NCBI GenBank assembly: GCA_965215275.1 | Contig: OZ244044.1 | Span: 800,001 to 864,000, forward strand | From: Thermodesulfobacteriota bacterium | Lineage (GTDB): Bacteria > Desulfobacterota_D > UBA1144 > Nemesobacterales > JAJCZQ01 | Direction of reading: 5' to 3' | DNA: 64,000 nt | Shown here: piece after piece, positions 56,449 through 64,000 of the stretch | Numbering within the stretch: position 1 is the first letter of the stretch | How the letters are laid out: every line of letters begins with the position of its first letter | Position numbers and translations under genes: made by a program | Notes under the pieces: model-generated | What the model saw: only the letters and a program-made list of their open reading frames with translations | Told to the model about the DNA's origin: nothing | Database searches by the model: none

Positions 56449-57297
56449 ATGTCGATATTAGCTGAATTCTTTAGCAGTTATTTTCTCTGGCGTGACCCGG
56501 TGATGGTCGCCGCGGTCTCAGGACTGATATGCGGACTGCTTGGCGTTTACGTGGTCTTAAGGCGCATTGTGTTCATAAGTGCCGCACTGGCACAGATATC
56601 CGGTTTCGGGGTAGTACTTATGTTCTTCCTTCAGTCGCTGCTTATCAGTGACCTGACGACTTTCCTGGACCCGTTCATATTCTCCGTGCTTATCACGGTC
56701 CTCTCGGCGATTTTCTTCTCCCTGCAAAGGGATTTTCATCCGGTGTCAATAGAGGGTATCACGGGATTTGTGTTCCTTATATCTTCATCTCTGATAATCG
56801 TTCTCTCGGATAAAATAGTTCACGACAGCCATGAGATCAACGGCATTATTTTTGGAAATGCAGTTGCGGTTTACCCGATGGAGGTCCTGGTGATACTCGG
56901 ACTATCCACCCTGTCACTTATCATAAACGTTGTTTTCTACAAGGATTTCATGTTCATCTCATACGACCCTGAAACGGCAAGGTTGTACAAGTATCCGGTC
57001 AGGATCATCAATCTGCTTTTCTTTACCATGCTTGCGGTCATCATCACGGTCACGACAAAAGCACTGGGTTCGCTTACCGTGTTCTCCCTGCTCGTACTGC
57101 CCGGGCTCTCGGCACTTTACTTAAGCAGGAACATCAAAACCATCTTACTTATTTCCTCGGTCCTCGGGATGCTTTCAGGAGTGCTCGGATACTTCTTTTC
57201 CTTTGTTCTTTCCCTGCCCACAGGAGCCACTATAACCCTTACGGCATCGATCATCTTCATCATTTCTCTGATCAGGAACAAGATCAACGGATGCTGA
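56449..57297 (+). CDS. metal ABC transporter permease (ZnuB-like)
   Basis: Multi-TM ABC-3 pattern GVYVVLRR, IIFGN, SYDPE.A, LPTGATI. Confidence 0.92.
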   Translation: MSILAEFFSSYFLWRDPVMVAAVSGLICGLLGVYVVLRRIVFISAALAQISGFGVVLMFFLQSLLISDLTTFLDPFIFSVLITVLSAIFFSLQRDFHPVSIEGITGFVFLISSSLIIVLSDKIVHDSHEINGIIFGNAVAVYPMEVLVILGLSTLSLIINVVFYKDFMFISYDPETARLYKYPVRIINLLFFTMLAVIITVTTKALGSLTVFSLLVLPGLSALYLSRNIKTILLISSVLGMLSGVLGYFFSFVLSLPTGATITLTASIIFIISLIRNKINGC

Positions 57298-57490
57298 AAA
57301 TAACAGATTGACTGAAGGTTTTGAGGTATTTCCCGGACTGATAAATCAGATATTATCAGATAACCTGACATCATCTCTATTGACATTACCGCTCATTTTG
57401 ATGAAAATCATATGAAGTTTTCGTCAAGATGGATAACCATTTCTGATGGACCTGATCGGCTGTAGAAATTAACATTGGGAACTTATAAAG

Positions 57491-58309
57491 ATGAGTATAA
57501 ATAACGTCGGATCGACCGCACTTGTAACCGCCTGCCTGAGGGCAATAGCGAAAAAACGTGACCTTAAATTATTCAATGACCCTTACGCTGAGTGGTTCGT
57601 CAATGATGAGATAAGATCGAAGGTACAGCTGTTCATGACGCTTTTTCCAGAAAGCAGTGAGACGGTGTGTTACAGATCTTACAAAATGAGCGAGGTCGTT
57701 GACCGCGAGATCAAAAGCGGTATGAAGCAGATCGTTTTACTGGGAGCGGGATTTGATATGAGGGCCGAAATATTTGCAGGCGAAGGTGCCACGTTTTACG
57801 AAGTAGATCAGCCTTCGGTACTGCAGTTCAAACACGAAGTACTCAAAGAACATGGCATTACCCCTTGTGCATCAGTGGCATGTAACTATCTGGAAGTCGA
57901 TCTGAGCGCTGAACTCACAGAGGTCGGTTTTGATGCTGACAAACCGGCACTGTTTATCTGGGAAGGTAACTCCATGTACCTGCCGGCAGATATGATACAT
58001 GACTTCCTGAACCGGCTGCGTGAGCAGGTCCCGAACTTTACCATAGCTTTCGATTATTTTTCCGATAAGTTCGTTGATCGTAAGTCAGGTAACAAACGGC
58101 TGGAGACCCTGGCGGACCTGTTCGAGGAAAAACTCGGCGTTAAATGGTCAACCGGCTTTAGTGATCTGCAGGCATTTAAAGACAAGAACGGTCTCGTGAT
58201 AATTGAAAGCGGAGATATAATGGACGTCGGTAAGCAGATAGCAAAGCCTCTGGCATCTCTTTCCGAAGCCAGAGGGCTGTGGTTTTACTGCGTGCTTAAA
58301 ACACCTTGA
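57491..58309 (+). CDS. SAM-dependent methyltransferase (leucine-carboxyl-methyltransferase-like)
   Basis: TAL..A..RA, DPYA, QIVLLGAGFDMRA, YEVDQP, WEG..MYL. Confidence 0.88.
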   Translation: MSINNVGSTALVTACLRAIAKKRDLKLFNDPYAEWFVNDEIRSKVQLFMTLFPESSETVCYRSYKMSEVVDREIKSGMKQIVLLGAGFDMRAEIFAGEGATFYEVDQPSVLQFKHEVLKEHGITPCASVACNYLEVDLSAELTEVGFDADKPALFIWEGNSMYLPADMIHDFLNRLREQVPNFTIAFDYFSDKFVDRKSGNKRLETLADLFEEKLGVKWSTGFSDLQAFKDKNGLVIIESGDIMDVGKQIAKPLASLSEARGLWFYCVLKTP

Positions 58310-58449
58310 TCTCCATCTTGAACGGGTATACGGAACTTCACTGACGCATATACCGAGGTAACTACAACTCAGGAATTTTCGGCAGGGACTTGAATTCCGT
58401 TCATATTTCAGGATATTATCATATTTTGAACTGTTTTACGGAGTTTAAA

Positions 58450-58611
58450 ATGGGAAAATCAGACAGCAGAGTACTTATAAAATTAAAGAGCACCGAAAGC
58501 CCTTATATCTATCACACTGATAAGAATAAAAAAAATACCGAGGAAAGACTGGAACTTAAAAAATACGACCCCGTGGTAAAAAAGCACGTGCTTTTTAAGG
58601 AATCCAAGTAA
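58450..58611 (+). CDS. rpmG: 50S ribosomal protein L33 (Cys-free form)
   Basis: GGAG SD, ATG 58450; IKLKST...Y.T.KNKKN...LELKKYDP....HVLFKE. Confidence 0.95.
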   Translation: MGKSDSRVLIKLKSTESPYIYHTDKNKKNTEERLELKKYDPVVKKHVLFKESK

Positions 58612-58628
58612 TACGGAGAGGTACGCAG

Positions 58629-58871
58629 ATGGCAAAGGTATGCGACTTGACAGGAAAAAAACCACTTGTGGGAAACCATGTTTCACATGCCAATAATAAG
58701 GTGAAACGCCGCCAAAACCCGAATTTACACACAAAGAGGTTCTATATTCCCGAAATCGACAGAACGGTAAAACTAAAGCTATCGAACCGGGCTTTAAGGA
58801 CTATCAATAAAAAAGGTCTTCTGAGCTTCTTAAAGGACGAAGGCATCAGATTAAAGAACATTGCCAGATAA
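58629..58871 (+). CDS. rpmB: 50S ribosomal protein L28 (no CxxC)
   Basis: MAKVCDLTGKK...GNHVSHANNK.KRR..PNL. Confidence 0.96.
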   Translation: MAKVCDLTGKKPLVGNHVSHANNKVKRRQNPNLHTKRFYIPEIDRTVKLKLSNRALRTINKKGLLSFLKDEGIRLKNIAR

Positions 58872-59093
58872 AAACTCTTTGGTAGTAATATATTTTATTA
58901 GATGGCAGCAGGCCATTACCTGCTATGAACCAGATTGAGAATGGTGTTGATGAATCAGATGGTAGGCAATAGGTGTAAAATACAAGGCATTGATCAGTTA
59001 AAAAGTTTACTGATCATTCAGGGTTTGATATAAGGTTATGCATATGGGGAAGGAGGGTCTTATTATAATTGGTATATATATCAATTAACAACA

Positions 59094-59582
59094 ATGGAAA
59101 AAAAGAATATGAAAAAAAATAAACAACTCAATAAAAAAAGTAAGTTAAATTCTATTGATGTTGCTAACTATTTTTTAACTAAAATAGATGAAACTTCTGG
59201 GGATTTAATCTCTAACTTAAAGCTACAAAAATTAGTTTACTATGCACAAGGATTCAATTTAGCAATGTTCGGTAAACCTTTATTTCACGATACTATTGAA
59301 GCGTGGATGTACGGACCTGTAGTTCCTGTTTTATATGATGAATATAAAAAAAATGGTGATGGTGCGTTACCCTTTCCAAATAATGTAAACCTTGATAAGT
59401 ATAGCTCTCAAACAAAAGAATTATTAGATGAAGTTTATGATGTATATGGTCAGTATTCTGCCTGGGTTCTTAGCGGTTTTACTCATAACGAACCTCCATA
59501 TAAAAATGCCCGGAAAAGAAAAGACAAGACCATTGTTCACAAAGAATTAAAAAACTACTTTATCACACAATTACACGACTAA
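59094..59582 (+). CDS. Panacea (DUF4065/GepA/SocA-like) antitoxin
   Basis: DVANYF, ISNLKLQKLVYYAQG, EAWMYGPV, YSAW.L...TH.EPP. Confidence 0.9.
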   Translation: MEKKNMKKNKQLNKKSKLNSIDVANYFLTKIDETSGDLISNLKLQKLVYYAQGFNLAMFGKPLFHDTIEAWMYGPVVPVLYDEYKKNGDGALPFPNNVNLDKYSSQTKELLDEVYDVYGQYSAWVLSGFTHNEPPYKNARKRKDKTIVHKELKNYFITQLHD

Positions 59583-59609
59583 TAATCGATCCACCGTAAT
59601 ATACAGTTA

Positions 59610-60023
59610 ATGCCTAAACGGATTTCCAAAAAAAGCGGACAAGCATCAAGAGATATAAAACCGTCTGCAAGTTCGGTTACTAATTATAATGAACGTGAAG
59701 TAGTTTTCTCATTTAAATATCTAAACAATGAATTTAATAATAAATTACAGGATGATGATAGAAAAGCATTATTAAAAACATTACATAAAATTAGCCAATT
59801 AAAATGGAAAGAGGTTCACGGATCACATAGACATGGTTTAGGTTCTGAACTAATAAAAGAAAAGAATGATGAAATAAAAGAGATCGTTCGCAAAAAAGAT
59901 AATATTAAAGATGATTTAAAAGCTATAGCGTTTAGATATAAGGGAAAAAAGAAACCAATGCTTGGATTTAGAAAAGACAATATATTTTTTATTGTTTGTC
60001 TTAACTGTACTTATAAACACTAG
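59610..60023 (+). CDS. putative toxin partner of the Panacea antitoxin (RelE-like fold suspected)
   Basis: FSFKYL, L.W.EV....RHGLGSE.I, AFRY....PMLGFR....FFIV; AT-rich two-gene unit. Confidence 0.6.
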   Translation: MPKRISKKSGQASRDIKPSASSVTNYNEREVVFSFKYLNNEFNNKLQDDDRKALLKTLHKISQLKWKEVHGSHRHGLGSELIKEKNDEIKEIVRKKDNIKDDLKAIAFRYKGKKKPMLGFRKDNIFFIVCLNCTYKH

Positions 60024-60063
60024 ACAACTATTTAAACAAAGTACGAGATGATGTGTCGGCAGT

Positions 60064-60660
60064 TTATTCATCTTTAATGATCTTGTCTTTAATACTTTCC
60101 AGGTCGGAAGGTTTTCCATCTGATTCTCTGATATGAGTTATTACTTTTTTACCTTCTTCGATAAACCGTTCCCGCGTCTGATCGTACCCTGTCTTTAAAC
60201 CGTCCGGGATCAGGTCCATGGTCGTGTCATAGATTATCTTAACGTGCGGAAATACCTTCGATTCCTTAAAGGTCGATTCAACGGAAATATTCAGCCAGGA
60301 AATAAGAAGAAAGGCACAGACGGTTCCGATTGCAATTCCCAGCACGCCACCCGCCAGCCTGTTCATCCACCCTAGGCTCAGCTTCCCGACCAGACGAGCT
60401 GCAAACCAGCCAAGCAACTGAACGACAATAAAAACACTGATCGTTAGCGATATAAATCCGACCAGCAGAGCACTTGACATGGTTTCGATGATCTCCTTTT
60501 CCATCAGTATCCTGCCCACTGCGTCGTAGAAAAGTATCCCGCTTGCTATTCCCACGACCACCGCCGCAAGGGAGAAAACCTGATTTATCAGACCACGGCC
60601 AAACCCCAGCAGAAAGAAAAATATCAAAACAGTTAAAATTAAAATATCAAGCCAGTTCAC
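60064..60660 (-). CDS. cvpA: CvpA family membrane protein
   Basis: MNWLDI...GFGRGLI..V, NRLAGG.LG. Confidence 0.9.
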   Translation of the reverse strand: MNWLDILILTVLIFFFLLGFGRGLINQVFSLAAVVVGIASGILFYDAVGRILMEKEIIETMSSALLVGFISLTISVFIVVQLLGWFAARLVGKLSLGWMNRLAGGVLGIAIGTVCAFLLISWLNISVESTFKESKVFPHVKIIYDTTMDLIPDGLKTGYDQTRERFIEEGKKVITHIRESDGKPSDLESIKDKIIKDE

Positions 60661-60873
60661 ATACGCTCCGTATCACTTTCACTCGGAATAATATTACCAC
60701 TTTAAAGATAACTTTTAAACATAAATGTCATTTAGCCGCCATGTTCGTCAGACGGGTCAGAAACCGTAAAAAAGATACTTTGATAACCGGTCAGGAGATA
60801 TCCTCTCCGCTGCCGTTCAGTAAAAGCAAACTTTGACTATATGTGAATGTTTGTATAGTTTAAGGACCATCCT

Positions 60874-61854
60874 ATGAAGTATGAAGAAGTTTTTGAACTT
60901 ATCTCATCCGATCTGGAAGAAGTTGAACGTGAGATACAAGAAAACATAAAGTCCCCCGTGCCTCTGGTAAACAAGATCTCCAGACATCTGCTTGGAAGCG
61001 GTGGAAAGCGCCTGAGGCCTTCGGTCCTTCTGCTGTCCAGCGGGGCATGCGGGTATTCAAACGGCAGAAAGAGGATCAAGTCCGCAGCTGCCATTGAGCT
61101 CATTCACACGGCCACGCTCCTTCACGATGACGTTGTTGATGAAGCAGAAATGCGCAGAGGAAAAGCCTCATCAAACGTTTTATGGCAGAATAAACCGACC
61201 GTGCTCGTGGGAGATTTCATGCTTTCAAAAGCCTTGGGACTAATACAGTCCTGCGGGAACATGGACCTTATCAAGGCCGTCACCGATGCTTCCGCAAAAC
61301 TTGCAGAAGGACAGGTGCTCGAGGTAATGAGCGAAAGCAGGATGATCGACGTTTCCGAAGAGATATGCTTTTCAATAATAGAGATGAAGACTGCCTCACT
61401 GATCGAAAGCTGCAGCAGGATAGGAGGGATACTGGCAGGGTCCGAAAGCAGTTCCATTGAGGCACTGTCGAGTTATGGTATTAATATCGGTACTGCTTTT
61501 CAGCTAATTGACGACGCGTTCGACTACTCATCATCAGAAGAGGTCTGCGGCAAGCAGGTCGGTCAGGACATTCTCGGATATAAAATGACCCTTCCTCTTT
61601 ATTACTCGGTGCAGAAAGCCACAACGGCGGAAAAAAGCAGAGTAGAGGAAGTACTTACAAAAAGCGACCCTGACGAATCTGAAATTAACAAGCTGCGCGA
61701 CCTAGTGAAAAAATACAAAGGCGTTGAAACAACCAAAAAACTGGCGGTAAAGTACGTTGACAAAGCCAAAAGCTCTATCAGCGGTATATCGGACAGCAGG
61801 TATAAAAGCTCTCTTAACTCACTTGCGGATTTCGTTGTAAACAGGGTGCACTAA
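60874..61854 (+). CDS. ispB: polyprenyl (octaprenyl-like) diphosphate synthase
   Basis: GGKRLRP, LLHDDVVD, RRG, KTA, AFQLIDD. Confidence 0.9.
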   Translation: MKYEEVFELISSDLEEVEREIQENIKSPVPLVNKISRHLLGSGGKRLRPSVLLLSSGACGYSNGRKRIKSAAAIELIHTATLLHDDVVDEAEMRRGKASSNVLWQNKPTVLVGDFMLSKALGLIQSCGNMDLIKAVTDASAKLAEGQVLEVMSESRMIDVSEEICFSIIEMKTASLIESCSRIGGILAGSESSSIEALSSYGINIGTAFQLIDDAFDYSSSEEVCGKQVGQDILGYKMTLPLYYSVQKATTAEKSRVEEVLTKSDPDESEINKLRDLVKKYKGVETTKKLAVKYVDKAKSSISGISDSRYKSSLNSLADFVVNRVH

Positions 61855-61944
61855 TCCCCGTGAAACTGTTCGGATGGAGTAATTAAGGGAATTTTCCGCT
61901 CAGCTGCCCAGGATCAGAAAACGCTGACCGTAAAAAGCGGCCTC

Positions 61945-62112
61945 TCATTTAATATTGTATATCCAATGCCCGGCAAGTGCTATCATGGACAGGAACATAC
62001 AGAGATAGAAAACGGCCCCACCCCAGCTGGGTTTTGAAAAAAAATAAGCACCTCCCGTGGTGGAGATCAGGATAAGGAGCATTAACAGAACAAAGTAGGT
62101 TCTTCCTTTCAC
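61945..62112 (-). CDS. small 2-TM membrane protein (55 aa, below the ORF-track cutoff)
   Basis: VKGRTYFVLLMLLILISTTGGAYFFSKPSWGGAVFYLCMFLSMIALAGHWIYNIK*, directly downstream of pcm. Confidence 0.5.
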   Translation of the reverse strand: MKGRTYFVLLMLLILISTTGGAYFFSKPSWGGAVFYLCMFLSMIALAGHWIYNIK

Positions 62113-62143
62113 TTTCAACTACCGCAGATGTTATAAAACTTCA

Positions 62144-62791
62144 TTAAACCAGCCGGACGAACTGCACCAGGATCAACATCTGTTTCTCTGTGCTCTTTCC
62201 CTTCTTTTTAACCAGTGCCAGTTGCTGCGACTGTTTGCCGACCGGTATGATAAGGGAACTTCCGGAACTCTTGAGCTGATCCGTTAAAGCATCCGGTATA
62301 TTTTCCGAAGCCGCGGACACGACTATTGCATCATAAGGGGCACCTTCTGAAAAGCCGCAGCGGCCGTCCCCCGTTTTGAACTCTATATCCCTGTATCCAG
62401 CCAGAGAAAGTGTCTTCCTGGCCTGTTGGGCCAGTTCCTCTATCAGCTCTACCGTATAGACGTCACACCCCATCTCACAGAGAACGGCGGTCTGATAACC
62501 TGAACCAGTTCCGATCTCAAGCACCCTGTCGCCTTTCTTCAGATCCAGCTTCTGAAGCATATAGGCAATTACAAAAGGCTGGGATATCGTCTGTGAATGA
62601 CCTATAGGCAGAGGAACGTCTTTATATGCACTGTCTTTATACCGCTCGGGTACAAAACGGTGTCTTGGCACGGCTGAAAAAGCAGACAGTATACTTTGCT
62701 GAACTATCTCCCTGGCGATCAGCTGCTCATTGACCATCTTTTCTCTCTCTGATCTGAAACTATCAGAGGCGGAACTATCCATAACGTTCAA
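62144..62791 (-). CDS. pcm: protein-L-isoaspartate O-methyltransferase
   Basis: VPRHRFV, QTISQP, VLEIGTGSGYQTA, APYDAI. Confidence 0.96.
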   Translation of the reverse strand: MNVMDSSASDSFRSEREKMVNEQLIAREIVQQSILSAFSAVPRHRFVPERYKDSAYKDVPLPIGHSQTISQPFVIAYMLQKLDLKKGDRVLEIGTGSGYQTAVLCEMGCDVYTVELIEELAQQARKTLSLAGYRDIEFKTGDGRCGFSEGAPYDAIVVSAASENIPDALTDQLKSSGSSLIIPVGKQSQQLALVKKKGKSTEKQMLILVQFVRLV

Positions 62792-63602
62792 CGATGATCA
62801 TAGCAAGCTTTCTTTCCCTGCCCCATCTGTAATTATGGAATTCCCCGTTCTTTCTTATCACTCTGTGGCAGGGTATCAGAAAAGAGATTGGATTGCCGGC
62901 AACGGCGTTTGCAACGGCCCGAACGGCCTTTGGACGTTTTATATGATCAGCCAGGTCGCTGTAAGTTACAAGCGACCCACGCGGGATCATCATCAAGGCG
63001 TTCCATACTTTCAACTGAAAAACCGTTCCTTTCAGATGCAGATCAATGCGGGGGGATTTATCGCTGCTTTCAAATATCCTGTTAACGGGCTCCGAGGTAA
63101 CCTTCGTCTGATCCTGCCTGACAGGAGAATTTTTCCATCTGCTCTTAAGATCATCCAGACCTGAAGTCACGTCTTCACCCGAAGCAAAGCTCAGATGGCA
63201 TATACCTTTTTCAGTGATACCGATCAGACACTTGCCAAACCTGGTCGGATGAACTCCATAATATACATCCGGTCCGTTCTTTGACCCGCTGGGTTCACAG
63301 ACAAGGTTAAGTTCATAATCCCGTTCCCTGCCCGGCGACCCTGATTTAAACGGTTCATGAAAGCATCTTCTGGAATCCAGCAGTGTTTTCTGCAGTCTTT
63401 CTCTGGAGACGAGTTTAATGATGCTCTCCGGATCTATATCAGGCAGCACAGAAGACAGTTCATCCGGGTGGTCTTTATCCGTTCCGGTCCTGCATGCCGC
63501 ACTGCTGACCTTGCAAGGGTTTATACGATTACTTATAAGATACGGTATAGCTTTCCTAACTGCTTCGTAATTATCCATCGGTATTACTAAGATAAAGAAC
63601 AA
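62775..63602 (-). CDS. ogt: methylated-DNA-[protein]-cysteine S-methyltransferase (Ogt/Ada-like, degenerate N-terminal region)
   Basis: GTVFQ..VW..L..IP.G...TY, AVRAVANA...NP....IPCHRV; start probably ATG near 63578. Confidence 0.9.
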   Translation of the reverse strand: MFFILVIPMDNYEAVRKAIPYLISNRINPCKVSSAACRTGTDKDHPDELSSVLPDIDPESIIKLVSRERLQKTLLDSRRCFHEPFKSGSPGRERDYELNLVCEPSGSKNGPDVYYGVHPTRFGKCLIGITEKGICHLSFASGEDVTSGLDDLKSRWKNSPVRQDQTKVTSEPVNRIFESSDKSPRIDLHLKGTVFQLKVWNALMMIPRGSLVTYSDLADHIKRPKAVRAVANAVAGNPISFLIPCHRVIRKNGEFHNYRWGRERKLAMIIVERYG

Positions 63603-63772
63603 CAGATAATTTTACAAACCTCTGCCCAAAAAACATATGATCTGTCCACAATGGTCATCCCGGAGGCTTTATTCTTCAGGCACGTCTTCACCCTGCCCGT
63701 TATAAATATTTCTGTTAATCGAATTTTCACGTATAATATAAATCTAATCTAATATCTGAAGCCCAAAACATT

Positions 63773-64000
63773 ATGAAGTATAAAGCCGTTGTTTTTGATC
63801 TGGATGGAACGTTAATTGACTCTGTAGCAGACCTTGGAAACGCAGTCAACAGAACGCTCGTTACCCATGATTTTCCTCCGCACGATATAGCCAGATACAG
63901 GGAATTCATAGGCGATGGAGCAGAAACGATGATAAGACGTGCCCTGCCTGAAAACTGCAAGGGGCATGAAACCGTGCAGCAGTGCCTTGCAGAGTTCCTC
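63773..64000 (+). CDS. HAD-family hydrolase (phosphoglycolate-phosphatase-like), 5' part; runs off the window
   Basis: MKYKAVVFDLDGTLIDS...FIGDG. Confidence 0.88.
   Translation, partial: MKYKAVVFDLDGTLIDSVADLGNAVNRTLVTHDFPPHDIARYREFIGDGAETMIRRALPENCKGHETVQQCLAEFL

Overview
Bacterial chromosomal window, probably from a Gram-negative, deltaproteobacteria-like organism (taxonomy is my inference only). A housekeeping backbone (guaAB, MoxR/RavA-type AAA + VWA, mltG, proB, two tRNA-Gly, MFS, ATP-grasp/M20 pair, gyrB, dcd, a Fur/Zur-type zinc-uptake cluster, rpmG/rpmB, cvpA, polyprenyl synthase, pcm, ogt) is interrupted by accessory, often AT-rich defence islands. Island 1 (1-9.8 kb, downstream of guaA) holds an EcoRII-like REase, a Dcm-Vsr fusion lying between two halves of a decayed tnpB, HipA with a dead antitoxin, and a GHKL-nuclease. 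Island 2 (21-38.4 kb) holds a PLD-helicase + type IIG RM gene, an MTase-Mrr fusion, an m4C MTase + REase, and a five-copy YkvA/DUF1232 array. Island 3 (41.7-45 kb) holds two EcoRI-family MTase paralogues + DUF262-HNH. A Panacea TA pair lies at 59-60 kb. Top observations: (1) five RM/methyltransferase genes each carry a poly-C/G tract of 9-13 nt in the coding sequence (4 out of frame, 1 in frame), suggesting a multi-locus phase-variable methylome, and two unrelated MTases share the same ATG-proximal poly-C leader; (2) GyrB is fused in frame to 11 N-terminal TPR repeats; (3) an A9 slippery site joins the AAA ATPase to the VWA ORF by a -1 frameshift; (4) a recombining YkvA array brackets RM cargo. 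All family calls come from motif recognition by eye; no database searches were run.
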